Shown here in pieces: positions 24,648-32,000 of a DNA stretch of 32,000 nucleotides. The translations under genes were made by a program, and so were the position numbers. A model generated the notes under the pieces. That model saw nothing but the letters and a program-made list of their open reading frames with translations. It searched no databases and had not been told where the DNA came from. The stretch covers positions 180,001-212,000 of the forward strand of contig NC_014833.1 in NCBI RefSeq assembly GCF_000179635.2, written 5' to 3'. How positions within the stretch are numbered: position 1 is the stretch's first letter; each line of letters starts with the position of its first letter. Origin of the DNA: Ruminococcus albus 7 = DSM 20455 (GTDB taxonomy: Bacteria > Bacillota > Clostridia > Oscillospirales > Ruminococcaceae).

Positions 24648-27350
24648 ATGATGGATAATAAGAATAACAAGCACTCTCCGGCGTTTGATCTGGAGGCGCT
24701 TACAAAAGCGTATGAGCGTTCTCTTAACGATGTAACGCTGGGCGGCAAGGATATACCGACTCCTGATAATGTACGTGCACACAGGAACACCCAGCCTGTT
24801 GGTGAGCTGAAAAGTTTTGTCCCCGATGAGGGTGTTTCTGAGCACGATAAGATAGTAGATAAGATAAGGGCAGACCGCCGCAAGCGCAGTCACAGCGTAT
24901 GGACGGACAACCCTTTGCTGAAGCCTAAAAAGAGCGTATGGATAGATGATGAGGCGGAAGAACGCCCTGCTGAGCCTGTAAAGTATCGTCAGCCTGAAAG
25001 ACAGCAGCCTGTGCAAAAGCAGCTGCCGCCTGATTTCATAGCACCGCTGCCCGTTATGACAAAGCCTTCTGAACCCAAGCCAATACCGGATTTTGATGAG
25101 GTAGTTGATGCGGCTATGGACAGACCTGTAAGCAAGAGCGTAGTTCCGCTGCTGAACGAAAGACCACGCAAACAGGAACTCCAGATGAAGCTGGGGTCAC
25201 AGGGCGATGCAAGAGTACGTGAGGTGCCTCGCAGGGTCAACAAGCAGAAAGTAACAGTGGATATGTCTGGGTATCCTACTGAGGATGAAAGCCCTAACAA
25301 GCGTACAGTATCGCTGAAGATGCCGCTGTCTAAAATGAACCTTGATGACCTGCGCGAACCGTTGCATGACAAAAAAGCAGAAAAGACTGAAACAGCCAAA
25401 GCACAGGCTGTTTCTGAGCCTGCCGATAAAGCGGATGAGCATGAAAAGACCGCGGAATTCAGCCCGGTCAGGGAAACGGCTGAGATGCATGATGCTGTTA
25501 AAGCAGTGGAGGACAAGCCTTCGGCGGATGTTTCTGCTGTGGTGAATCAGGTCTCAACGGAGGCAAATGCGGCTTCTGAAGAAGCTGCTGCGGTAAAGGC
25601 TGAAGAAGTCAAGACTCCCGAAATGAAGCACAGTGTCGATGATGCTTACGACTTTGCTGATATGATAAAGAAGATCCGCACCGAGAAAAAGGGCAAGGTC
25701 GATGAGGAATACAGCAGGGGCGGTGTCAGCGAACACACACAGATCACCGATAAGGCACAGCGTCACGGCGTTGATCCTAAGTATATAATGCCGAAGAAGA
25801 ATCTCTCAAAACGCAAGAAGTCCAAGACGCATGAGCTGGAATTCCACTTCATCAATTGCATAATGTGTATATGCATAATATTTGTGATATTCTTCTCACT
25901 GCTGTTTATGGAGAGGGAGAGCGGATTTATTAATTCCGAGAACAGGAATCTTGCAGAATTCCCTTCATTCAGCATAAAGGATTATTTCTCGGGAAAGTAT
26001 ACCAAGGCTATAGATGATTATTTCACAGATACTATCCCCGGACGTGAAGAACTTAAAAAGTTCGGCGCGGCTTATGAACGTCTGAAGGGTATAGACCTGG
26101 GCGGTGCGAAGGTAAGTGGTACTCACAAGACTGCTGAAAAGGAAACTCTTGATGAGAAAAAGCGTGCTGCTGTTACAACTGTGACCGCAAATACCGATCC
26201 CAAGGCAGTTACTACCACTAAAGCCAAGGGCAAGGACGGCAAGAAGACTACGACTTCAAAAAAGGAGAAGGTAGTAAAGCTGCCTGAGATACTTGATGAC
26301 GGAGTGCTCGAAGGCGATGTCATCGTATTCGGAAAGGGCAAGGATGTGCGTGCAGTAGCGGGCTATTACGGTATGTTCGAGACAGGTGCGCTCTATGCCA
26401 AGACTATAAACAAGTACAAGGAAGCTATGCCCGAGGTCAATGTATACAACATGACCATACCAACATCTGCGGCTTACTATATGCCCAAGAATTTCAAGGA
26501 CATCGTTGCCGATCAGAAGGATAATATCGACAATATAGCATCCGAACTGAGCGGTATAATAAACGTTGATGTATTTGATGCCATAGGTGCTCATGCCAAT
26601 GAGTACATCTACTCCCGTACAGACCACCACTGGCAGCCTTTGGGTGCTTATTATGCAGGCAGGGTGTTTGCAGAAAAGGCAGGGGTAAAGTATGCAGATA
26701 TCAAGACTTATGAGAAGTTCAAGATAGATGGATTCCTGGGTACGATGTATGCCTACAGCAACTACGACAGCAAACTGGAGGCTAATCCCGATACTTTCAT
26801 CTACTATAAGCCCGATAACAATTATACTACAAAGTACTACAATACCGATTTTACAAACGGTGAAGAGGGCAGCCTGTTCTTTGATTTTGCTGAGGGCGTT
26901 AACTGCTACTCGGCAATACTGGGCAAAGATGAAGAGATCACTGAGATAACTACCGATGCCGATAACGGCAGAACGCTGGTCATTTTCAAGGACAGCTTCG
27001 GTAATGCACTGGTGCCTTTCCTGACACACAGCTTTGAGAAGATATACGTGTGTGATTTCAGATACTTCGACGAGAACGCAATTGAGTTCTGCCGTGCGGT
27101 AGGCTGTACCGACCTGCTGTTCTCCATCTCAATAACTTCCTGCTCGACTGAAACGCACATCACCGCGATAAACAACAACCGCGTGCAGGATTCCGCAGTG
27201 CCTTTGGAGATACAGTCGGATGAACCCGAGGAAAGTCAGCCCGAAGAGAAACCTGATGAGAACGAATCAAAACCCGAAGACGGAAATGCTGACAGCGCCG
27301 CTGAAAATAATGAGAATACCGATAATGCCGATGACGGCTATGAGGATTAG
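24648..27350 (+). CDS. DHHW-family (AlgJ/AlgX-like SGNH-type) extracytoplasmic acyltransferase with a ~400-aa disordered N-terminal extension
   Basis: SRTDHHW motif at nt 26616-26633 (compare AlgJ, which as I recall has KTDTHW) and a downstream FKDSFG motif. A single TM helix (nt 25842-25910) is preceded by KKNLSKRKKSKTHE. An AGGTGA RBS lies 7 nt before the ATG at 24648. The frame is also open from the GTG at 24642, which is the numbering origin for the aa positions quoted here. Confidence 0.85.
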   Translation: MMDNKNNKHSPAFDLEALTKAYERSLNDVTLGGKDIPTPDNVRAHRNTQPVGELKSFVPDEGVSEHDKIVDKIRADRRKRSHSVWTDNPLLKPKKSVWIDDEAEERPAEPVKYRQPERQQPVQKQLPPDFIAPLPVMTKPSEPKPIPDFDEVVDAAMDRPVSKSVVPLLNERPRKQELQMKLGSQGDARVREVPRRVNKQKVTVDMSGYPTEDESPNKRTVSLKMPLSKMNLDDLREPLHDKKAEKTETAKAQAVSEPADKADEHEKTAEFSPVRETAEMHDAVKAVEDKPSADVSAVVNQVSTEANAASEEAAAVKAEEVKTPEMKHSVDDAYDFADMIKKIRTEKKGKVDEEYSRGGVSEHTQITDKAQRHGVDPKYIMPKKNLSKRKKSKTHELEFHFINCIMCICIIFVIFFSLLFMERESGFINSENRNLAEFPSFSIKDYFSGKYTKAIDDYFTDTIPGREELKKFGAAYERLKGIDLGGAKVSGTHKTAEKETLDEKKRAAVTTVTANTDPKAVTTTKAKGKDGKKTTTSKKEKVVKLPEILDDGVLEGDVIVFGKGKDVRAVAGYYGMFETGALYAKTINKYKEAMPEVNVYNMTIPTSAAYYMPKNFKDIVADQKDNIDNIASELSGIINVDVFDAIGAHANEYIYSRTDHHWQPLGAYYAGRVFAEKAGVKYADIKTYEKFKIDGFLGTMYAYSNYDSKLEANPDTFIYYKPDNNYTTKYYNTDFTNGEEGSLFFDFAEGVNCYSAILGKDEEITEITTDADNGRTLVIFKDSFGNALVPFLTHSFEKIYVCDFRYFDENAIEFCRAVGCTDLLFSISITSCSTETHITAINNNRVQDSAVPLEIQSDEPEESQPEEKPDENESKPEDGNADSAAENNENTDNADDGYED

Positions 27351-27352
27351 TT

Positions 27353-29134
27353 ATGAAGGAACTTGAATACCCCTTTGACAGCGGGTATATAATGAAAAAG
27401 AAAAAGTCGCTGAAAAGGCGGCTGACCGAAGAGGTAACACCCGTACAGACCAAGCGCATAGCTGTGCTGGGCGGGTCTACCACCTCGGATATAGTATCGG
27501 TGCTGGAACTTTTCCTGCTGAACTATGGCATAAAAGCTGAGTTCTACGAATGTGAATATGCCCAGTACAGGCAGGAAGCACTGTTCCCATCGGAAGAACT
27601 TATGGCTTTCAAGCCCGAGATAGTATTTCTGCATACGGGGCTTCGCAATCTCACTTTCAAGCCGACACCCAAAATGTCGGAAGCTGATATAGCCGAGGGT
27701 CTTGAAAACGAGATAGCGGGCTATAAGCAGATGTGGGAAAGCCTGAAAGCTAACTTCGGCTGTGCTGTGGTACAGAACAATTTTGAACTGCCGGGTTTCA
27801 GACTTCTGGGCAACAGTGACGGCAGCGATAAGAGAGGTCTTGTAAATTACGTCACAAGGCTGAATCTCAGGCTGGCGGAGGAGATAAATGCTGCAAGCGG
27901 AGTGTATCTCAATGATATCAACTACCTGTCGGCAGTATGCGGACTTGATGCATGGAGCGACCCGCAGTACTGGTATCTTTACAAATACAGCCTGAATATC
28001 CGCTTTATACCCGACCTCTGCTTTGAGGCCGCAAAGGTCATAAAAGCCATATGCGGAAGAAATAAAAAGGTACTTGCCCTTGACCTTGACAACACCCTCT
28101 GGGGAGGCATCGTCGGTGATGACGGTGCTGAGAACCTGACCATAGGGCAGGAAACTGCCGAGGCTATGGCTTATTATCAGTGGCAGGAATATGTGAAGTC
28201 GCTCAAAGACATAGGTGTCCTTCTGACAGTATGTTCAAAGAACGAGGAAGAAAACGCTATGGCAGGGCTTGAACATCCCGAGGGCGCACTAAGACCTTCG
28301 GACTTTACAGTGATAAAGGCAAACTGGGAGCCAAAGAGCGAAAACCTTATAAATACGGCGAAAGAGCTGGATATACTGCCCGAAGCTATAGTGCTGGCAG
28401 ACGATAACCCGGCTGAAAGAGAGATAGTCCGCGGAAGTGGATTTTCTGCACCTGATATGGACAATGTTGGCGATTATATCCGCGTTATCGACCGTTCGGG
28501 GTTTTTTGAGGTGGTCAGCCTTTCGGCGGATGACCTGAAACGCAACGAGATGTATGCCGCGAATATGCAGAGAAAGCAGGAACAGTCAAGATTTGCAGAT
28601 TACGATGATTATCTGAGAAGTCTTGATATGTATGCGGAGATAGCATCTTTCAAGCCCATGTATGTGCAGCGTCTTGCACAGCTGGCAGGAAAGAGCAATC
28701 AGTTCAATCTGACCACAAGGCGTTTCACCGTTACTGAAATGGAAGAACGCATGAACAGCGCAGAGTACATCACCCTTTATGGCAAGCTTGTGGACAAGTA
28801 CGGTGATAACGGAGTGGTATCGGAAGTTATAGGCCGTATCGAGGGCAGTGTTCTTTATATGGAGCTGTGGCTGATGTCATGCAGGGTGCTGAAAAGGGGC
28901 ATGGAGTACGCCATGCTGGATGAACTGGTGAAAAATGCAGAAAATGCAGGCATCACCGAAATAGTGGGCTACTATTATCCCACGGCAAAGAATAAAATGG
29001 TGGCACAGTTCTACGGTGAACTGGGCTTCGATAAGCAGAGTGAAAATGAGAACGGCGATACCGTGTGGAAGCTGGCACTCTGTGACTATAAAGAAAACCG
29101 CAACAAGGCTATAAAAGTAAATTCGGAGGGATAA
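27353..29134 (+). CDS. FkbH-like HAD-IIIC phosphatase / acyl-loading enzyme (three-domain)
   Basis: HAD motif I LALDLDNTLWGG (DLDNT at nt 28082-28096), motif II CSKN, motif III K (IKANWEPKSENL), motif IV LADDNPAE. The C-terminal GNAT-like domain carries the conserved LMSCRVLKRG, with its Cys codon at 28880-28882. The ATG lies 2 nt after the DHHW stop, with a GAGGA RBS. Confidence 0.88.
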   Translation: MKELEYPFDSGYIMKKKKSLKRRLTEEVTPVQTKRIAVLGGSTTSDIVSVLELFLLNYGIKAEFYECEYAQYRQEALFPSEELMAFKPEIVFLHTGLRNLTFKPTPKMSEADIAEGLENEIAGYKQMWESLKANFGCAVVQNNFELPGFRLLGNSDGSDKRGLVNYVTRLNLRLAEEINAASGVYLNDINYLSAVCGLDAWSDPQYWYLYKYSLNIRFIPDLCFEAAKVIKAICGRNKKVLALDLDNTLWGGIVGDDGAENLTIGQETAEAMAYYQWQEYVKSLKDIGVLLTVCSKNEEENAMAGLEHPEGALRPSDFTVIKANWEPKSENLINTAKELDILPEAIVLADDNPAEREIVRGSGFSAPDMDNVGDYIRVIDRSGFFEVVSLSADDLKRNEMYAANMQRKQEQSRFADYDDYLRSLDMYAEIASFKPMYVQRLAQLAGKSNQFNLTTRRFTVTEMEERMNSAEYITLYGKLVDKYGDNGVVSEVIGRIEGSVLYMELWLMSCRVLKRGMEYAMLDELVKNAENAGITEIVGYYYPTAKNKMVAQFYGELGFDKQSENENGDTVWKLALCDYKENRNKAIKVNSEG

Positions 29135-29136
29135 CG

Positions 29137-29382
29137 ATGCTTCTTCTTAAACAGACAATGACAAGACTTACCGATGTTTTCAGAGATGTTTTCGATGACG
29201 ACAGCCTGAACATCACACCCAATACTACCGCAGATGATATAGAGGACTGGGATTCCATCGAGCATATCACACTTATAGGCGCTGTTGAGGATGAGTTCGG
29301 TATGAAGTTCAAGATGGGCGAAGTATCGGGCATGAACAATGTGGGCGATATGCTGAAGATAGTAATGGAGAGGGGCAAGTAA
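29137..29382 (+). CDS. Acyl/peptidyl carrier protein (phosphopantetheine-binding)
   Basis: 81 aa and acidic. The carrier-protein helix II motif EDWDSIEHITLIGAVEDEFG has its predicted attachment Ser codon at 29254-29256. The ATG lies 2 nt after the FkbH-like stop, with a GGAGGG RBS. Confidence 0.8.
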   Translation: MLLLKQTMTRLTDVFRDVFDDDSLNITPNTTADDIEDWDSIEHITLIGAVEDEFGMKFKMGEVSGMNNVGDMLKIVMERGK

Positions 29383-29411
29383 GCCCGTATACCGAAAACG
29401 GAGGTGTCGGT

Positions 29412-29969
29412 GTGAGTTTTACACTGTGTGCAGGGGTGTATTCCCCCGGGGAAGATAAAGTGAAAAGCAGCTATAGCTGTAAAGGCAGGAATATCAGCGG
29501 CATACTCAGCGCTGAACTGATACTGACCTGTGCCAGGGAATATATAGAATTGCTGCCCAAGCAGGTCTTCTTCTTTATAGACCTGCCAAGACAGGACAGC
29601 GAGGACTGCTATGATACCTATATACTCGACTGCACAAAAAAAGTCGCACTGGCATTACTTGACCACTACGGGGATATCCTTGTGAATGACGGCCCTTCAA
29701 GGTTCGGATTCGGGGGATACCCTTATGAGGACGAAATGATGTTCGGGGAATTCCAGGAATTTACAGCATACTGCGACAGCGTGAAAGCGGATAAGCTTTG
29801 TGAGATGCTGGACAGGACAGGTGCGGTAAAGCAGGAAAAGGCAGACAGTCTGAGGGACTATATGTCCGATGAGGATGAGGGTATACTCAGCCCTGTGGAG
29901 GCTGACGGAATAACAGTATATGACCTTCCTACATTGTTGGCTGATGCGGGAATGTATATGGCTGAATAA
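29412..29969 (+). CDS. Hypothetical acidic cytoplasmic protein (185 aa)
   Basis: GTG start with a GGAGGTG RBS, 29 nt after the carrier gene. No signal peptide, TM helix or recognisable motif. Confidence 0.6.
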   Translation: MSFTLCAGVYSPGEDKVKSSYSCKGRNISGILSAELILTCAREYIELLPKQVFFFIDLPRQDSEDCYDTYILDCTKKVALALLDHYGDILVNDGPSRFGFGGYPYEDEMMFGEFQEFTAYCDSVKADKLCEMLDRTGAVKQEKADSLRDYMSDEDEGILSPVEADGITVYDLPTLLADAGMYMAE

Positions 29970-30009
29970 GAACTGCAGACTTACGAAACCGGAACAAGGA
30001 GGTAAAAGT

Positions 30010-30540
30010 ATGAATATATGGCATGATATATCACCCAAGGCGATATCAAAGACAAAGTTCACAGCTGTTGTTGAGATACCAAAGGGTTCAAAGGTAAAGT
30101 ACGAACTTGACAAAGCGACCGGACTTCTGAAAATGGACAGGATACTGTATACATCCACCCATTATCCTGCTAATTACGGTTTTATCCCACGTACCTACGC
30201 AGAGGACGGCGATCCCCTGGACGTGCTGGTACTGTGTTCTGAAACGCTCCAGCCCCTTTCACTGGTGGAATGCTATCCGATCGGCATGATAATGATGATG
30301 GATAACGGTGCGGCGGACGAGAAGATAATCTGCATACCCTTCAATGACCCGACTTACAATGTATACAAGGATATAAGCGAACTTCCGAACCATATATTTG
30401 ATGAAATGAAGCATTTCTTCACGGTATATAAGGCACTGGAAAACAAAGATACCGTCATAGACGATGTCAAGAACGTTGATGAAGCAGTGAAGACCATTGA
30501 TAGCTGCATTGACAGATATATCGAGTGTTTTTGCAAGTGA
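30010..30540 (+). CDS. ppa: Inorganic pyrophosphatase, family I
   Basis: [40 protein letters not shown] and DEKIICIP match soluble family I PPases. The start is at 30010 (MNIWHD) with an AAGGAGG RBS; the listed ORF starts 30 codons upstream. Confidence 0.93.
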   Translation: MNIWHDISPKAISKTKFTAVVEIPKGSKVKYELDKATGLLKMDRILYTSTHYPANYGFIPRTYAEDGDPLDVLVLCSETLQPLSLVECYPIGMIMMMDNGAADEKIICIPFNDPTYNVYKDISELPNHIFDEMKHFFTVYKALENKDTVIDDVKNVDEAVKTIDSCIDRYIECFCK

Positions 30541-30565
30541 CATATAGCGGAAGGAGCGAGTGCGT

Positions 30566-31084
30566 ATGTCTTTTTTAGGAAAACTGTTCGGCAAAAAGGA
30601 AAATCCGGAACCGCAGCCGAAACTCAGAGAAGGCGAGATAGCTACCCCATGGGGACCGTTTATGTACCTGGGAATAAAGTATAACTCGTTTGAATACGAA
30701 GGCATGGTAGATTGGTATGATGATGCTGATGAACAGTGTGATGTTTCGATAGAAACAAATGCTGTCGGTTCGGACGATATGAGCGAGGGCTTTGAAAGAT
30801 TCGCCCAGCTGATGAATAACAGGGCAGAAATGGACTACAAGGTAAAGATGGCTGCACTGGATAAACTGGCGGACAGCGAGGGCATGATAATGAGCGAAAG
30901 CGAACATATGCTGATGTCAAAGACACTGTTCCCTGAAAAGATGGTCATTGAATGCATATCGGTTATGCGTGACGGTTGTACGCACTTTACCATGTGGGAT
31001 ACCGATATATACGATATCTACAATATTACTGTGATCTATACAGATAAGGGAACCTTTGAGGTCGAAATAGATAATCTCAGATAA
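30566..31084 (+). CDS. Hypothetical protein (172 aa)
   Basis: AAGGAG RBS 9 nt before the ATG at 30566; the listed GTG at 30560 is too close to the RBS. Acidic, with no TM helix or signal peptide and no family recognised. Confidence 0.6.
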   Translation: MSFLGKLFGKKENPEPQPKLREGEIATPWGPFMYLGIKYNSFEYEGMVDWYDDADEQCDVSIETNAVGSDDMSEGFERFAQLMNNRAEMDYKVKMAALDKLADSEGMIMSESEHMLMSKTLFPEKMVIECISVMRDGCTHFTMWDTDIYDIYNITVIYTDKGTFEVEIDNLR

Positions 31085-31196
31085 TAACGAAATAAAAAGG
31101 CTGCGTTATAGGACTATGCTGATATAGAAGCATTGCGCCATCGTTGTGCTATAATTGCTGCTAAGAGAAATCAGGCTTTGACAGAGAAAAAGTGAT

Positions 31197-31844
31197 ATGA
31201 AAAATATTGTTTCAGAGTGGTATGAAGAAAAAAAGAATGTTGATGAAATGCGGAATTGGAATTTGGCACTAAAAGAATGGGAACAGTCGGTTATCAGTTA
31301 TTTTCCTCCGGGTGCCAGAATATTGGATATTGGTTGTGGCTTAGGACGGGAAGCATTTGCATTATCCGATCTGGGATATGATGTGGTCGGAATTGACATT
31401 TCAAAAGAAGTCATATCACAGGTCAAACAGCTGTCTGCCGAAAAAGGATATCATATTTCATTTCAGGAATATGACGGGGAACATCTGAATTTCCCTGCAG
31501 GATCATTCGATGTCATAATTATTTGGGCACAAACATTTGGATTGTTATATGGAAACGAATTCAGGAAGAACTATTTGTCAGGATGTAAAAAAGTCCTTAA
31601 AAAAGGTGGACTATGCAGTTTTTCAACGCATGATCACAGGTTTCTGACGGAGCATTATCCAAATTGTCTGGACGGTCACAGGTTCTATCCTTTTGCCGAT
31701 TCCGAAATATACTGGGAGACATTTGAAGTGGATGATCTGATACAGTTTGCAGAGCAGGCGGGCTTTGATGTTATCCTTTGTGAAAAAGGAAACATTTATA
31801 AGCCGGAAGACGGAACAATCCTGCATTGTCTATGCAGAAAATAG
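31197..31844 (+). CDS. Class I SAM-dependent methyltransferase
   Basis: Motif I ILDIGCGLGREAFAL, followed by an acidic residue after beta-2 (VVGIDIS) and motif post-II FDVIIIW. Confidence 0.85.
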   Translation: MKNIVSEWYEEKKNVDEMRNWNLALKEWEQSVISYFPPGARILDIGCGLGREAFALSDLGYDVVGIDISKEVISQVKQLSAEKGYHISFQEYDGEHLNFPAGSFDVIIIWAQTFGLLYGNEFRKNYLSGCKKVLKKGGLCSFSTHDHRFLTEHYPNCLDGHRFYPFADSEIYWETFEVDDLIQFAEQAGFDVILCEKGNIYKPEDGTILHCLCRK

Positions 31845-31884
31845 ATCCGGCAGATTCTGATTTATCCAAGCAGCAGGTAATACA

Positions 31885-31918
31885 ATGCCCCTGAGCACTC
31901 TGAAGCGTTCAGGGGCAT
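31885..31918. repeat. Second copy of the AATACAATGCCCC-flanked hairpin element
   Basis: ATGCCCCTGA (14-nt loop) TCAGGGGCAT. It shares the 13-nt left flank and stem start, AATACAATGCCCC, and the right end GGGGCA.AACTT with the hairpin at 2136-2180. Confidence 0.5.
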
Positions 31919-31934
31919 AACTTCTATATGGGTA

Positions 31935-31963
31935 GCTGTCTATAAGGGCAGCCTTTTTGTTTT
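31935..31963 (+). terminator. Rho-independent terminator
   Basis: GCTGTC tataag GGCAGC (6-bp stem with one G-U pair) followed by CTTTTTGTTTT. Confidence 0.65.
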
Positions 31964-32000
31964 ATATAGTATCACAGATGATCTTCTGTGTGGGAAGGTG

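Noticed and set aside
30010-30540. Inorganic pyrophosphatase as a functional part of the acylation system (by analogy with PPi release by DltA).
   Set aside because: FkbH-type chemistry releases orthophosphate, not PPi. ppa is a housekeeping gene with its own strong RBS, so the adjacency is more simply explained as coincidence or passive co-transcription.
31197-31844. The SAM methyltransferase as an FkbG-like O-methyltransferase that would convert glyceryl-carrier toward a methoxymalonyl-type unit.
   Set aside because: It is separated from the carrier gene by three unrelated-looking genes (about 1.8 kb) and about 110 nt of spacer. The required FkbK/FkbI-type dehydrogenases are absent. Generic class I methyltransferase motifs give no substrate information.
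1-32000. Scan for CRISPR arrays, IS elements or transposases, integrases, phage genes, toxin-antitoxin pairs and known defence-system signatures.
   Set aside because: - No spaced direct-repeat arrays were found.
- No DDE, serine or tyrosine recombinase-like ORFs were found.
- No terminal inverted repeats flank any gene block.
- I saw no abrupt compositional island by eye.
- The unknown ORFs at 29412-29969 and 30566-31084 lack nuclease, ATPase, TIR or other motifs that would justify a defence call.

Overview
The window reads as an ordinary chromosomal segment of a fibrolytic Clostridia, probably Ruminococcus-like. That assignment is an inference from a type-I dockerin protein, a GH94 cellobiose phosphorylase, a YpeB germination gene and Firmicutes-type promoters and RBSs. 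I support about 27 protein genes, one tRNA, several near-consensus promoters and several intrinsic terminators. I see no CRISPR array, transposase, integrase, phage gene or recognisable defence gene.

Gene order, left to right:
- 3' end of a large hypothetical surface protein, then dcd.
- Minus strand: a dockerin protein with an internally duplicated unknown module, plus a possible small tail-anchored ORF.
- Plus strand: aldose-1-epimerase, a lipoprotein and cellobiose phosphorylase.
- Minus strand: tRNA-Arg(CCG) and metG.
- Minus strand: a complete five-gene glucuronate-to-pyruvate/GAP operon (uxuA-uxaC-eda-kdgK-uxuB).
- Minus strand: a DUF1858 redox protein, rubrerythrin and an orphan ypeB.
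- Minus strand: a three-gene ABC-2 exporter operon.
- Plus strand: MBOAT, a DHHW protein, an FkbH-like HAD-IIIC enzyme, a carrier protein, an unknown ORF, ppa, an unknown ORF and a SAM methyltransferase.

The best candidate for an undescribed system is the tightly packed four-gene operon at 23212-29382. It has the logic of the Dlt/Alg extracytoplasmic O-acylation machines: a carrier protein, an MBOAT and an SGNH/AlgJ-like transferase. The carrier-loading enzyme, however, is an FkbH-type glyceryl loader instead of a DltA-type adenylating ligase. The DHHW transferase also carries an unusual disordered cytoplasmic extension of about 400 aa.

All functional calls come from motif and sequence recognition by eye. 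No database search was run.
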